DNA from: Promethearchaeota archaeon
Lineage (GTDB): Archaea; Asgardarchaeota; Thorarchaeia; Thorarchaeales; Thorarchaeaceae
Length of the DNA: 59,495 nucleotides
Direction of reading: 5' to 3'
NCBI GenBank assembly: GCA_048939765.1
Contig: JBHLPF010000022.1
Span: forward strand, 1 to 59,495
Each line of letters starts with the position of its first letter. Position 1 is the stretch's first letter. Under the pieces are notes generated by a model. That model had not been told where the DNA came from. It did not search any database and saw only the letters and a program-made list of their open reading frames with translations. Shown here in pieces: positions 46,132-55,890 of the stretch. Made by a program: the position numbers and the translations under genes.

Positions 46132-46443
46132 TTGGGATTGGTTTTCGCAACCGCACTACTGAATATAGGACTCTATGTAGTTCTGTGGGTAGCAGCCCCA
46201 CTTGTTTCAGGTGTCGTCTGTGGTTACTTCATGCTCAGTCCGAAGTGCGGTGCAATTGGGGGCTTCCTTGGTTCAGTTGTTGCAACTACTCCGCTTCTCT
46301 TCTTTCTAGAATCACTTTCCTCATCCGGAGCAGACGTCCTCTCGATATTCATAGCATCCATTATTCTATCTATGATTGGTGCATTGGGCGGGTGCATTGG
46401 TGGAATCATGGGATTGAGAACACAGAAGCATACACAGGGCTAG
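46132..46443 (+). CDS. Small Gly-rich membrane protein (DUF5518-like)
   Basis: 3-4 TM helices with GAIGG and GALGGCIGG motifs. Confidence 0.65.
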   Translation: MGLVFATALLNIGLYVVLWVAAPLVSGVVCGYFMLSPKCGAIGGFLGSVVATTPLLFFLESLSSSGADVLSIFIASIILSMIGALGGCIGGIMGLRTQKHTQG

Positions 46444-46445
46444 CT

Positions 46446-47618
46446 CTACGTATCTACGATGAGTCGACCAGGGGTATAATCTGCAGCTGGGCCGACGGTG
46501 GTTCTTCGAAGGGGATTACCAAACACAACCCATTCCGTCGCAGACAATCCATTGTCCGATGTTATCTCAAAAGTATCCCCGTTTCTAACTGCAGATATCT
46601 CTCTCTTCACATTCTCATCCAAGTTCTCAAAGATTGCCCTGTCAACATTTACCTTGACTTGACCAATGAGCTCATATGTATCCAGAAGGTCGAGAAAGCC
46701 AAACTTCCAGCCGTCTGCATAAGCACAGAGTTTCCAATCGTCAAAAGGTTCCAAATTGTTCATCGTGTCCAATGTTGCACCGATGTAGCAAGCACCCTGA
46801 TCGAGGAATGCCTTCAGAAGAGGTCCTTCCATCGCAGTGCTGCAGGCTTCCGAGTAAATTACAGGATACCCTTCAAATTTGATAGAGGATGCTTGCTGAT
46901 AATCGAGAATTACTGCATTGTGTGATGCCCACTTCTCAGGAGTGCCATGTATCCTGGTATCAAACATGCCATCTGAGAATTGAAGTATGAATTCACTAAC
47001 TGATAGCAATTTCTTGTCTTTCTCTGAGAACTTCCTCAAGACATCTACGTCAAAGCCAAGCTGCTTTAATCCCTCTACATGGCGAGTAGACCGCCCGGGC
47101 TGGGAATCAAACACTATTGCGATGTTGCTATCAATAATCATTGGGTCCAAATGATACAACACGGTTTCCAGCGGCCCGAAGATTCTACCGACTGGAGTGT
47201 CAGGAATGCCATCGCCATCTACATCCTGAATAAACCAGTCAGTAAATCCATAGGACCCCTGATATTCGATTTGAGTCGCCGGTAGTTCCTTGTTTGTTCC
47301 AATCAGCAACACCCCGGCATGCTTTCCCACTTCGAAGCAATCCTTGACTGTTTTGTCTGTCAATACCCATGATCTGCCTGGTTCGATCACGAAGTCAGCG
47401 CCTATTTCTCGTGCCTTTGCCCGATATGCATCGGCCTTGTCGTCTCCCACCTTCCCACATACAATAAGCAATTTGCTTAGTGTATCTCTCGGTGTCCTAC
47501 CAACCTCAAAGACTAGATCTTTGTCTTTTCGCTTTTTTTCCCCTATCCGACGAACCTCATTTATTATCCCTGGACGATGACGGCGGCGTGGTTGATTTAT
47601 TATTGAGTTCATCCTCAC
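46446..47618 (-). CDS. C25 (gingipain)-like cysteine peptidase without signal peptide
   Basis: VLLIG, TDW...DVDGDGIPDTPVGRI, HG (catalytic His), SEACST (catalytic Cys), YIGAT, FGNP. Confidence 0.65.
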   Translation of the reverse strand: MRMNSIINQPRRRHRPGIINEVRRIGEKKRKDKDLVFEVGRTPRDTLSKLLIVCGKVGDDKADAYRAKAREIGADFVIEPGRSWVLTDKTVKDCFEVGKHAGVLLIGTNKELPATQIEYQGSYGFTDWFIQDVDGDGIPDTPVGRIFGPLETVLYHLDPMIIDSNIAIVFDSQPGRSTRHVEGLKQLGFDVDVLRKFSEKDKKLLSVSEFILQFSDGMFDTRIHGTPEKWASHNAVILDYQQASSIKFEGYPVIYSEACSTAMEGPLLKAFLDQGACYIGATLDTMNNLEPFDDWKLCAYADGWKFGFLDLLDTYELIGQVKVNVDRAIFENLDENVKREISAVRNGDTFEITSDNGLSATEWVVFGNPLRRTTVGPAADYTPGRLIVDT

Positions 47619-47742
47619 TCATCCCACTCAGACGAACATGGAGATAATACCCTTTCTACTGCATCCCCTCAGGATAATCCACTATATTCTAATACATGAG
47701 TAAAGGGTTGATTACACTAGCCTAAAGGAGGTCAGAAAGCTT

Positions 47743-48396
47743 TTGGACTCCGATATCAAAGTAGTATGCCTTGATCTTGATGGTGTTCTCTTTGATGGGC
47801 CAAGTGCTGTTCAACCAATCACAAAGGAGCTTGGAATTGAAGACCAGTTCATGGCTATCTACGCGAAGCAGGGAGAAAACCGTCGGACCATGGCTGAGGC
47901 CATAAGAGAAGGAACCAAGATATGGATAGGAGTGCCAACAGATGGTACTCTAGACCCGCTTGTCGAAAGGCTGCCGCTTATGAACGGCGCCGAGGAAACT
48001 GTCGCAGCATTGAAAGGCTGGGGCTATATCGTGGGATGCATCTCAAGTGGTGCGAGCCAATTCTTCATGAAGCCCTTTGGGAAGAGGCTCAATTTAGATT
48101 TCGCATATTCCAATATCCTTGGAGAGAAGAATGGGATTCATGACGGCGAGGTTCATTATATCATGGAGGGGCCGCAGAAGGCTGAGAGGATGTCTGAGTA
48201 TCTGGAAGAAAATGGCTTTACATCCAAGAACCTTGCCAGCGTGGGCGACGGCGAAAATGACATCCCATTGTTTCAGATTTCCAACCTGAGCATTGCTTTT
48301 AATCCAATGACTGAAAATGTCACTAGGGCCGCTAGCCTGACTATTCGATCCAAGGACCTCAGGTCTATTCTTCCTCATTTCATTCCAGATACTTAG
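47743..48396 (+). CDS. HAD-superfamily phosphatase, phosphoserine phosphatase (SerB)-like
   Basis: LDLDGVL, ISSG, K, VGDGENDIP, IAFNP. Confidence 0.85.
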   Translation: MDSDIKVVCLDLDGVLFDGPSAVQPITKELGIEDQFMAIYAKQGENRRTMAEAIREGTKIWIGVPTDGTLDPLVERLPLMNGAEETVAALKGWGYIVGCISSGASQFFMKPFGKRLNLDFAYSNILGEKNGIHDGEVHYIMEGPQKAERMSEYLEENGFTSKNLASVGDGENDIPLFQISNLSIAFNPMTENVTRAASLTIRSKDLRSILPHFIPDT

Positions 48397-49538
48397 GCAA
48401 GAATGTTCGTTAAAGTTTCTAATATGTGAGATTGATCTTGCTCAGTCACACCTGGATGAACTGGAATCTCAATGTGCGTTTCACCTACGTTTTCGGCATT
48501 CTGAAATGTCATGGAAGAGTAGTCGGGATAATTGACACAACGAGACCACCGCCAACTGAAGATATTCTGATATGTTCTCTGCTTGTGACAGGGTAAGGCA
48601 TAGACAGTACGAGCTCCTATATTCGCGTCGCGAAGACGCTGAAGGATTTCATCTCGAGAGAGATTCTTGACGAAGAAGCGAGGAGCATATACATGATAGC
48701 CTGATTCCATTCCAGGCAAGGTGATTTGTGGTTGGACCTCAGGAAAGCCCGAGAAGAACTTGTCATATTTGCTAGCCGTTTCTTGCCTCTTTCTGACCAC
48801 TTCCGGCATACGTTTCAATTGTACTCTTCCTAGTGCTGCCACCATATCCAGCATTCTATTGTTATATCCAACGCGATGATGATTATAGCCGCCCTCGGGA
48901 CCCCGCCCATGATTCTTTATCATTAGACATCGTTCCATGAGTTCCTCGTCATCTGTAATGATCATGCCTCCTTCGCCTGTCATCAAATTCTTGGTGGCAT
49001 AGAATGAGTATGTACCAATGTGTCCAATTGATCCTACCATTTTGCCATTCACAGTGGCTCCATGTGCCTGACAAGCATCCTCGATAACTAGGAGGTCATG
49101 CTTCTCAGCAATCTCCATGATTTGATCCATCTCGCATGGCATTCCAAAGATATGAACTGGCATAATTGCTCGAGTCTTCTTTGTAATTGCCTCTTCAATG
49201 AGGTCTGGATTGATATTATAAGTGTCAAATTTCACATCAACAAAGACAGGAACGGCACCGATCATGAGAATAGAGTTGGCTGACGCGATGAAGGTGAATG
49301 GAGTAGTGATGACTTCATCCCCTGGTTGAAGGTCTAAAGCCTCAAGTGCGGTGGAGAGAGCTGTTGTTCCATTACTAGTTACAGTGGCATACTTTGTCCC
49401 AACATAGTCTGCAAACTCTCTTTCAAACTCCCGGGAAACCTTGCCCTCTGCCAGCATACCGGATTCGAGGACATTCTTCACAGCTTCAATCTCTTCTTCA
49501 TCGATTATCGGTTTTGCTGTAGGAATCATCAAAGCCAC
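48393..49538 (-). CDS. DegT/DnrJ/EryC1/StrS PLP-dependent aminotransferase
   Basis: SNGTTAL, TPFTFIAS, EDACQAHGA, SFYATKNLMTGEGG. Confidence 0.95.
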   Translation of the reverse strand: MALMIPTAKPIIDEEEIEAVKNVLESGMLAEGKVSREFEREFADYVGTKYATVTSNGTTALSTALEALDLQPGDEVITTPFTFIASANSILMIGAVPVFVDVKFDTYNINPDLIEEAITKKTRAIMPVHIFGMPCEMDQIMEIAEKHDLLVIEDACQAHGATVNGKMVGSIGHIGTYSFYATKNLMTGEGGMIITDDEELMERCLMIKNHGRGPEGGYNHHRVGYNNRMLDMVAALGRVQLKRMPEVVRKRQETASKYDKFFSGFPEVQPQITLPGMESGYHVYAPRFFVKNLSRDEILQRLRDANIGARTVYALPCHKQRTYQNIFSWRWSRCVNYPDYSSMTFQNAENVGETHIEIPVHPGVTEQDQSHILETLTNILA

Positions 49539-49578
49539 AATAGGAAGAAATTATGCCATCGTTAAAATGATTGTCTCA

Positions 49579-50109
49579 TTACCCGGATTCTTCAGCTTCT
49601 AGGATAGCCCTCTCATGCTTTATCCTTCGATTCTCCACAAATCCCACGCCACCTACTGTGAAACCCATTATGGCGAGTGCAACTAGCATAAACCAGAGAT
49701 TCCCCAAGTAGAAGATAATTGCAAGACAGAAGCCACTAAGAAATCCTGTAATTGCTCTAACGAAATTCGTAGTCTTTCGTGGAGTCAGTCTTTGACTAAC
49801 CCAATCAACAACAGTTGCAAATCCCACTGCCATTGATATCATGAACCAGAACCAGTCTGGCTCCAGAACGGACCTGAAAAAGAACAACACAATCAGCCCT
49901 AATCCTAGCCCCCCGTAGATACCCGAACACCTACCACAGAAGTATACTGATCGACCTCTATAGGAAACTCTTAGACAGTGCCCATACTGTGATGGAGGAT
50001 GATGAGAGAGAAGCATACTTAGGGTATCAAGTATCCCTCCACTATCAAATGAAGCTGGATCAAAATCCAACTCATCAGGTCGGACTGGCGCGTCTTGTTC
50101 CGCGGTCAC
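49579..50109 (-). CDS. DUF2085-like membrane protein
   Basis: SHH...CGRCSGIYGG, DW..Q, RAITGFLSG; TM helices. Confidence 0.75.
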   Translation of the reverse strand: MTAEQDAPVRPDELDFDPASFDSGGILDTLSMLLSHHPPSQYGHCLRVSYRGRSVYFCGRCSGIYGGLGLGLIVLFFFRSVLEPDWFWFMISMAVGFATVVDWVSQRLTPRKTTNFVRAITGFLSGFCLAIIFYLGNLWFMLVALAIMGFTVGGVGFVENRRIKHERAILEAEESG

Positions 50110-50179
50110 AGAATTTCCTCAATGCCAATGCGCAAGATACGACTTATCTCTGTTTGCCTAACGCAATCAACACATTGAG

Positions 50180-52171
50180 TCATGATTGGAAGAATGCAAA
50201 CTCCTCCAATGCATTCCTTGCAGAATTGACAGCCTCGCCATATGGGACGTTTTCAATTGGTTCTGATGCAATTGCATCTACGATTTCTCGGATTCGGTTG
50301 CTGGCATTATTGCCTTTTACAATACTTGGGAAGTAGGCAGCAACAACTAGAGCCTCAACAAGAGTTTCATGCCAAAGCTGGAACCGAGTTAAATCAGAGG
50401 ATGCTCTTAAGCGTGTTAGAACATCGCAGAGGGTAGAAAACAATGTCAAATCCAATTTCCTGGGAATTGGAATCATACCTAAATTGTTGGGTAGGAGATT
50501 GACAGTCAAACATGCATTATTCGTCAATACAGTCTTGAAGAACCATGATATCAGGTTCGAGTTTAACAACACACAGATTGCCTTCAGCACATCTTCATTA
50601 GCATCAGCCAAGTATGTCGTTGAGTTGAGGACCAGAAAGCGTCCGGAATCATAGAAAGCTATGGGATGCTCCGAGTTTTGCTGCACTACAATCTTGGGGA
50701 TTTGCTGCAAGTCTCTTCGGCCGGGTTTCGCCAATCTGGTGATGTCATGGTTCAAACATACGTTGCCATTGATGGCATATTTCGCGATATCCCTTCCTCG
50801 AAGCAGAGGTTTCCAGTTGCCTCCCAGCTCTGTTACCGCAGATATGAACTCTCGATTGCATCCTGTTTCAATCCCACGCTTTATAGTCACGATGCTCTTT
50901 AGCTTCGGCAAGTTGGACATAAGCTGCAGGTAGCGTATAACATCTGAATTGATACCCAGAAGATACCGATGATTCCAATCTGAGATCAGACTGCAATAGT
51001 TTTCTCGGTCAATAGATGATATTTCATAGCACCGATTAGAATTGGGATTATATCGCGAAAGGGCAACTGTGCGAGGAACAGCTCTAAATCCCTTTTGTAG
51101 GATAATGAATGCAGTTTCAGCTGTCACCCCACGAAAAATACCTGAACCACAATCTGATAGATGAATGAGGCTGTGAGATTCCGCAATTGACTTTCTGAGT
51201 CTTCTGAAAGTGTCAAGGGTTAGAAGATTCTTATGAATCAAATAGCCAAGGATTCCATTTTGCTTCAGTTGGGCCAAAGATGCCTGGACAAAGAGAGCAT
51301 GCGTGTTGTACTCTCTTGTGGTATCATATCGCGCCTTGACAGTCTTATTAAACTCAGTTTCATCAGATGCGAGTCTCATATACGGCGGATTTCCTATCAC
51401 GATGTCGTATTTCTGGGCGAGAACATCTGATGCAAGTGTATCTGTAACTCTGAGATTAAGTTTCGGGACTGATGAATGATTAGTGCCTTTTAGAGCGTAT
51501 TCAGCGAGCCAAAGCTGCGCCTCGGCAATCATAATGGCATCTTCATCAACATCATGGCCAAAGAGGGAATTCCTTAGCAAATAGGATGCTATGGAAACGA
51601 GCTTGCTGGTATCTACCTTAATGCCGTCCAAGACGATCTTCTCTGATCTTGCTGAGATTCTACTGAGAATCTCCTCAAGCATAGCAAAGAGAAATGTCCC
51701 ACTTCCACATGCATTGTCCAGAATTCTGAGACCAACCAGTCTGGAGACGTTCGATATGCCCTCTCTTGATTCGAAAGCATCAAGGGCGAGTCTGCATATA
51801 GTTCGTGCAAGATTGTATGGTGTGTAATAGATGCCCCGGTTTTTCCTCCGCCTCTGGCTTTTGAATGACTCAAACAATCTGCCGAGAATCAAAATCCTAG
51901 TGTCAAGTAGTGCTTTATCATCCTTGGATTTCAAGTTGAGAGCCGGGAAGGGCTCAGCAGATTTTGCTATCCGCCTAGAACGCAAATCAGTAAATAAGCC
52001 GAGATGCATACAGTCAGGAGGTGTCGGGAGCTGCTCGAATTCTTCATGGATAACCTCGAGTATGCGAATGAAGACTTGACGGAGAATCTGGATATCTGTA
52101 ACAGCATCCAAGTCATCTCTTAGCTGAACTAGTTGGCGGATAGTCTTCTGCATACTTGATCCAGTAGCCAT
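50180..52171 (-). CDS. N6-adenine DNA methyltransferase (gamma class, Eco57I/TaqI-like) with C-terminal TRD
   Basis: GIYYTP, ILDNACGSGTFL, IVIGNPPY, PLLRGRDI, KIVV, LLNSNL. Confidence 0.9.
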   Translation of the reverse strand: MATGSSMQKTIRQLVQLRDDLDAVTDIQILRQVFIRILEVIHEEFEQLPTPPDCMHLGLFTDLRSRRIAKSAEPFPALNLKSKDDKALLDTRILILGRLFESFKSQRRRKNRGIYYTPYNLARTICRLALDAFESREGISNVSRLVGLRILDNACGSGTFLFAMLEEILSRISARSEKIVLDGIKVDTSKLVSIASYLLRNSLFGHDVDEDAIMIAEAQLWLAEYALKGTNHSSVPKLNLRVTDTLASDVLAQKYDIVIGNPPYMRLASDETEFNKTVKARYDTTREYNTHALFVQASLAQLKQNGILGYLIHKNLLTLDTFRRLRKSIAESHSLIHLSDCGSGIFRGVTAETAFIILQKGFRAVPRTVALSRYNPNSNRCYEISSIDRENYCSLISDWNHRYLLGINSDVIRYLQLMSNLPKLKSIVTIKRGIETGCNREFISAVTELGGNWKPLLRGRDIAKYAINGNVCLNHDITRLAKPGRRDLQQIPKIVVQQNSEHPIAFYDSGRFLVLNSTTYLADANEDVLKAICVLLNSNLISWFFKTVLTNNACLTVNLLPNNLGMIPIPRKLDLTLFSTLCDVLTRLRASSDLTRFQLWHETLVEALVVAAYFPSIVKGNNASNRIREIVDAIASEPIENVPYGEAVNSARNALEEFAFFQS

Positions 52172-52387
52172 TTCTGAACCTCAGGCTAATCTCTCATAGA
52201 AACAATCCGCAAGATGTGTCTTTCGAATTCTAGTCTTGAGATTCCCATAATGCAAGATTAAGATTTTAGCTTCTGTTAAAGCCCTCCGATATGCATCATA
52301 TAACAGGACGAGAAGGACAGCATTAAAATGGTGGATTCATCGTGTTAGGACCAATTTAACATTCGATATGATGGACGCTGATAGAAA

Positions 52388-52879
52388 ATGGCCAATTTAC
52401 TGTTAGTCGATATGGACAAATGTACTGGCTGCAAGCAATGTTCTCTGGCTTGTTCTCTGACGAAGGAAGGCCTCTTCGATCCAAATAGAGGGAGAATAAA
52501 GATCTACAAGAAGGAGGACATCGCTCTCGGCATTCAGTTTCTCTGTGAACAGTGTGATGCTCATCCATGTGTAGATTCATGTCCTGAAAAGGCGTTGTCT
52601 AGAGATGAGGAGACCGGCATTATCACCGTAGACAATGGCAAGTGCACGGGGCATGCCAAATGTGTGGAAGCCTGTCCCTACCATGCGATTAGGCTTCATC
52701 CAGAGAATAACAAAGCGATTATTTGTGACATCTGTGGTGGAGACCCGTATTGTGCAAAACACTGTGTTCCCGGTGCGATTCAGTGGATAAAGGCTACAGA
52801 TGATCTGTTGAAACAGAAGAAGAAACTGCGGTCAGCCAGGATGGCCATGTATCGTGACCTGAAGAAGGAGGCTGCGTAG
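52388..52879 (+). CDS. 4Fe-4S ferredoxin-type subunit (AOR-associated)
   Basis: CTGCKQCSLAC, CEQC...CVDSCP, CTGHAKCVEACP, CDICGGDPYC..HC. Confidence 0.92.
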   Translation: MANLLLVDMDKCTGCKQCSLACSLTKEGLFDPNRGRIKIYKKEDIALGIQFLCEQCDAHPCVDSCPEKALSRDEETGIITVDNGKCTGHAKCVEACPYHAIRLHPENNKAIICDICGGDPYCAKHCVPGAIQWIKATDDLLKQKKKLRSARMAMYRDLKKEAA

Positions 52880-52880
52880 C

Positions 52881-54800
52881 ATGTATGGACATCAAGGAAA
52901 GATACTACACGTCGACCTATCAAGCGGAAAGATTTGGAAAGAAGACATTCCAGAGGAGTGGAAACGACTGTACGTTGGTTCCAGAGGAATAAACGCCAGA
53001 ATCCTTTGGGACTACTGTAGGGACCCCGAAATTACTTGGGATGATCCAAGGAACATCATCATCTATGCCCCTGGAGTCTGCACTGGTACAACTGCCCCAG
53101 CATCTGGACGGACTTCCGTCACTACGGTAGGCTGTACAACTGGGCTCTACCTGAAGAGCAACACGGGCGGCCATTGGGGAGCGGAGTTGAAGTTCGCAGG
53201 CTATGATCATCTTGTGGTTCATGGTGTAGCTGACAAACCCTCGTACATATGGATCAATGATGATCACGTGGAGATTAAAGACGCAAAAGAACTCTGGGGG
53301 AAGGACATCATTGAGACCGACACCTTGCTGAAGAAGTGGCACGGGGATGATTCGAAGGGCCTCTATATCGGTCCCGCCGGAGAGAATCTTGTGCGCGCCG
53401 CTTCTATTCAGTGCTCGCTATACCATGCAGCAGGCAGAGGCGGCGGTGCCGCAGTAATGGCTAAGAAAAACCTGAAAGCAGTAGCTGTCAAGGGAACCAA
53501 GCCCGTTAAGGTAAAAGATCCAAAGAAGTTCGCAGAAGTTGCCAAGGAGATGAGAGAAAACCTACGCAATGACAGCGGGGCTGTCGGCCTTCATGACTTT
53601 GGTACTGCGGGGTCGATTGCAGCAGTCAATGAGCTGCATGCATTCCCTGGGAAGAATTGGCAGACTGGGTACACTGAAAATGCTCATCCAATAACTGGCC
53701 AAGCATTAGTTGAGAAGGGATATCTCAAAAGACGGGTTGCATGCTTTGGCTGCACAATTGGTTGTCATCGATACTCTGTCATTGACGAAGGTCCAAACGC
53801 TGGTATCGCAAGCGGAGGTCCAGAATACGAAACCTTTGGAGCCCTTGGCAACGGTCCTGGAATCATTGACACAGAAGGTGTTCTTCTGCTCAATGAGATG
53901 TGTAACCGTCTAGGATTGGATACAATCACCGCAGGTACTGTATCTCAGTGGGCCATTGAGAGCTACCTGCGGGGAGTCCTCACAAAGGAAGACACAGACG
54001 GTCTTGAGCTTGACTGGGGCAAGCTCGATGAGACTCTAAAGACAGTTGAGGCATTGGCGCTGCGAAAAGGCAAGCTTGGGAACCTCCTTGGAGATGGCCT
54101 CAAGATAGCTACTAAGAAGGTCGGTCACGACTCTTACAAGTGGGCCATCATGAACAAGAAGGGTCTCGAGCAGTCCAATGTCGAAACAAGGTCTGCAAAG
54201 GCATATGCATTAGCCTTTGCCGTCAACCCACGAGGAAATGATCATCTCATGACGGAAACCTTCGCGGAATTCGGAGCTAGCCCTGAGGCGGTCGAAGTCA
54301 TCGAGAAGGTGACAGGTGATAAGAAATGGGCGTCACCTCACTTCACGGAGTTTCGAGCGGAAATTGTTCGATGGCATGAAGACTGCTATGAGATAACGGA
54401 GGCTTTGGGATTCTGTGTATTCACCTCTACAGCCGCATTTGGAGTCAATCCCGACAATATGGCACGGCTGTATGGAGCAGCAACAGGCATCTCCTTGACT
54501 GAGGATGAGATGATGAACACTGGCCGCAGGGTTGTGACACTCGAGAAGGCGTTCAATGTGACTCGTGGAGCCACCAGGGAGCATGATAATCTGCCCTGGA
54601 GGCTAATGAATGAGGGAGCCGCGAGTGGTCCACTCAAGGGCGAGATGAATTCCCAGGAAGAGTTGGATGGCATGCTCGACAGGTATTATGCGCTCCACGA
54701 ATGGGATCCCAAGACAAGTTGGCCCAAGAGAGAGACCTACGAGAAGCTGGGACTCAAGGACGTAGCAGACTATCTAGAGAGCATTGGCAAGTTGCCCTAG
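52881..54800 (+). CDS. Tungsten aldehyde:ferredoxin oxidoreductase family protein
   Basis: VDLSSG, SNTGG.WG..LKFAGYD, IGPAGEN, AGRGG, CFGCTIGC, EYET, GLDTI. Confidence 0.93.
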   Translation: MYGHQGKILHVDLSSGKIWKEDIPEEWKRLYVGSRGINARILWDYCRDPEITWDDPRNIIIYAPGVCTGTTAPASGRTSVTTVGCTTGLYLKSNTGGHWGAELKFAGYDHLVVHGVADKPSYIWINDDHVEIKDAKELWGKDIIETDTLLKKWHGDDSKGLYIGPAGENLVRAASIQCSLYHAAGRGGGAAVMAKKNLKAVAVKGTKPVKVKDPKKFAEVAKEMRENLRNDSGAVGLHDFGTAGSIAAVNELHAFPGKNWQTGYTENAHPITGQALVEKGYLKRRVACFGCTIGCHRYSVIDEGPNAGIASGGPEYETFGALGNGPGIIDTEGVLLLNEMCNRLGLDTITAGTVSQWAIESYLRGVLTKEDTDGLELDWGKLDETLKTVEALALRKGKLGNLLGDGLKIATKKVGHDSYKWAIMNKKGLEQSNVETRSAKAYALAFAVNPRGNDHLMTETFAEFGASPEAVEVIEKVTGDKKWASPHFTEFRAEIVRWHEDCYEITEALGFCVFTSTAAFGVNPDNMARLYGAATGISLTEDEMMNTGRRVVTLEKAFNVTRGATREHDNLPWRLMNEGAASGPLKGEMNSQEELDGMLDRYYALHEWDPKTSWPKRETYEKLGLKDVADYLESIGKLP

Positions 54801-54803
54801 AAT

Positions 54804-54822
54804 AGGGGGAGTTCTTCCCCCT
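54804..54822 (+). terminator. Hairpin after the AOR gene
   Basis: AGGGGGA-gttct-TCCCCCT followed by a pyrimidine/T-rich run. Confidence 0.5.
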
Positions 54823-54855
54823 TCTCTCTTGTTTTGAAAGAAATGGTGAGATGTC

Positions 54856-55869
54856 ATGAAAGGCTACAAGGAATTTGGAATGGCTATGACAGGTGTTTTC
54901 CCCGTGAGGGAAGGTGTTGAACTGGCGAAAGCGACAGAGGCTGTGGGACTAGGATCGGTCTGGTTCGCAGAGGACTACTTCTTCAGAGGCGGGATTCCAT
55001 ACATGGCTGCAGGATCTATGGCAACCGAGAAGATACGAATTGGACTGGGTGTTGTCAATCCCTATTCACGCCACCCAGCGTTGACAGCAATGGAATTCGC
55101 TACAATAGATGAGATGTGCAACAAACGTGCTGTCTTTGGTCTGGGATCAGGAGTACCCTTCTGGATGGATCAAATGGCACTCTGGGATAAGAAACCAATC
55201 TCGAGGACCAAGGAGAGTATCGAGGTCATAAGGAAGATAATGACTGGAGAGAGTATTACTCACAAGGGGAAATACTTCGAAACTAAAGATGTGAAGCTGA
55301 TTTTCGAACCTGTCAGAAAAAGAGTCCCAATCTATCTTGCGTTCGAAGGAAAGCAGGGAATGAAACTCGCAGGAGAGATTGGGGACGGAGCTATAATGTC
55401 AATCTTCTGCACTCCAGGCTATACAAAGTTTGCTTGGGAAAGAGTTGAAGCAGGTGCTAAAGAAGCAGGGAAATCCCTGGATAGCTTCGAGATGGTGGGT
55501 TATCTCCCAGTCGTGGTCGATGATGACTTGGATAAAGCCTACAACACCGTCAGAGAGTTTTCAAAGTTATACTTGCCTCATTCTCAGGCAGGAGGTCCTC
55601 TGATGGAACATGCAGGAGTTCGACCTGAAGATACGATGGCGTTTAGTGAGGCTGCAGAGAAAGGTGACGATGCTAAGCTTGGAGAATTAATTACTGACAA
55701 GATGCTGCAAGAGCTTTGCGTGGTGGGAGATGTTGAGTCATGTATCAAGCAGATACAAGATATGATCGATGCCGGAGCCAATACTCCTGTGGCATTTCCA
55801 GTTCCAGGCACCAATCCAATTGAAACAGCCAAGTTGATTGGAAAAGAGATTGCGCCGCACCTCGGATAG
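54856..55869 (+). CDS. LLM-class (probably F420-dependent, Mer-like) oxidoreductase
   Basis: VWFAED, GLGVVNPYSRHP, GLGSG, PIYLA, LAGEIGDG. Confidence 0.88.
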   Translation: MKGYKEFGMAMTGVFPVREGVELAKATEAVGLGSVWFAEDYFFRGGIPYMAAGSMATEKIRIGLGVVNPYSRHPALTAMEFATIDEMCNKRAVFGLGSGVPFWMDQMALWDKKPISRTKESIEVIRKIMTGESITHKGKYFETKDVKLIFEPVRKRVPIYLAFEGKQGMKLAGEIGDGAIMSIFCTPGYTKFAWERVEAGAKEAGKSLDSFEMVGYLPVVVDDDLDKAYNTVREFSKLYLPHSQAGGPLMEHAGVRPEDTMAFSEAAEKGDDAKLGELITDKMLQELCVVGDVESCIKQIQDMIDAGANTPVAFPVPGTNPIETAKLIGKEIAPHLG

Positions 55870-55890
55870 CCAACTGCATGCGGTGAGAAT

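Noticed and set aside
46185-46925. 246 aa plus-strand ORF
   Set aside because: It overlaps the small membrane gene and lies antisense to the C25-like gene, with no recognisable motifs.
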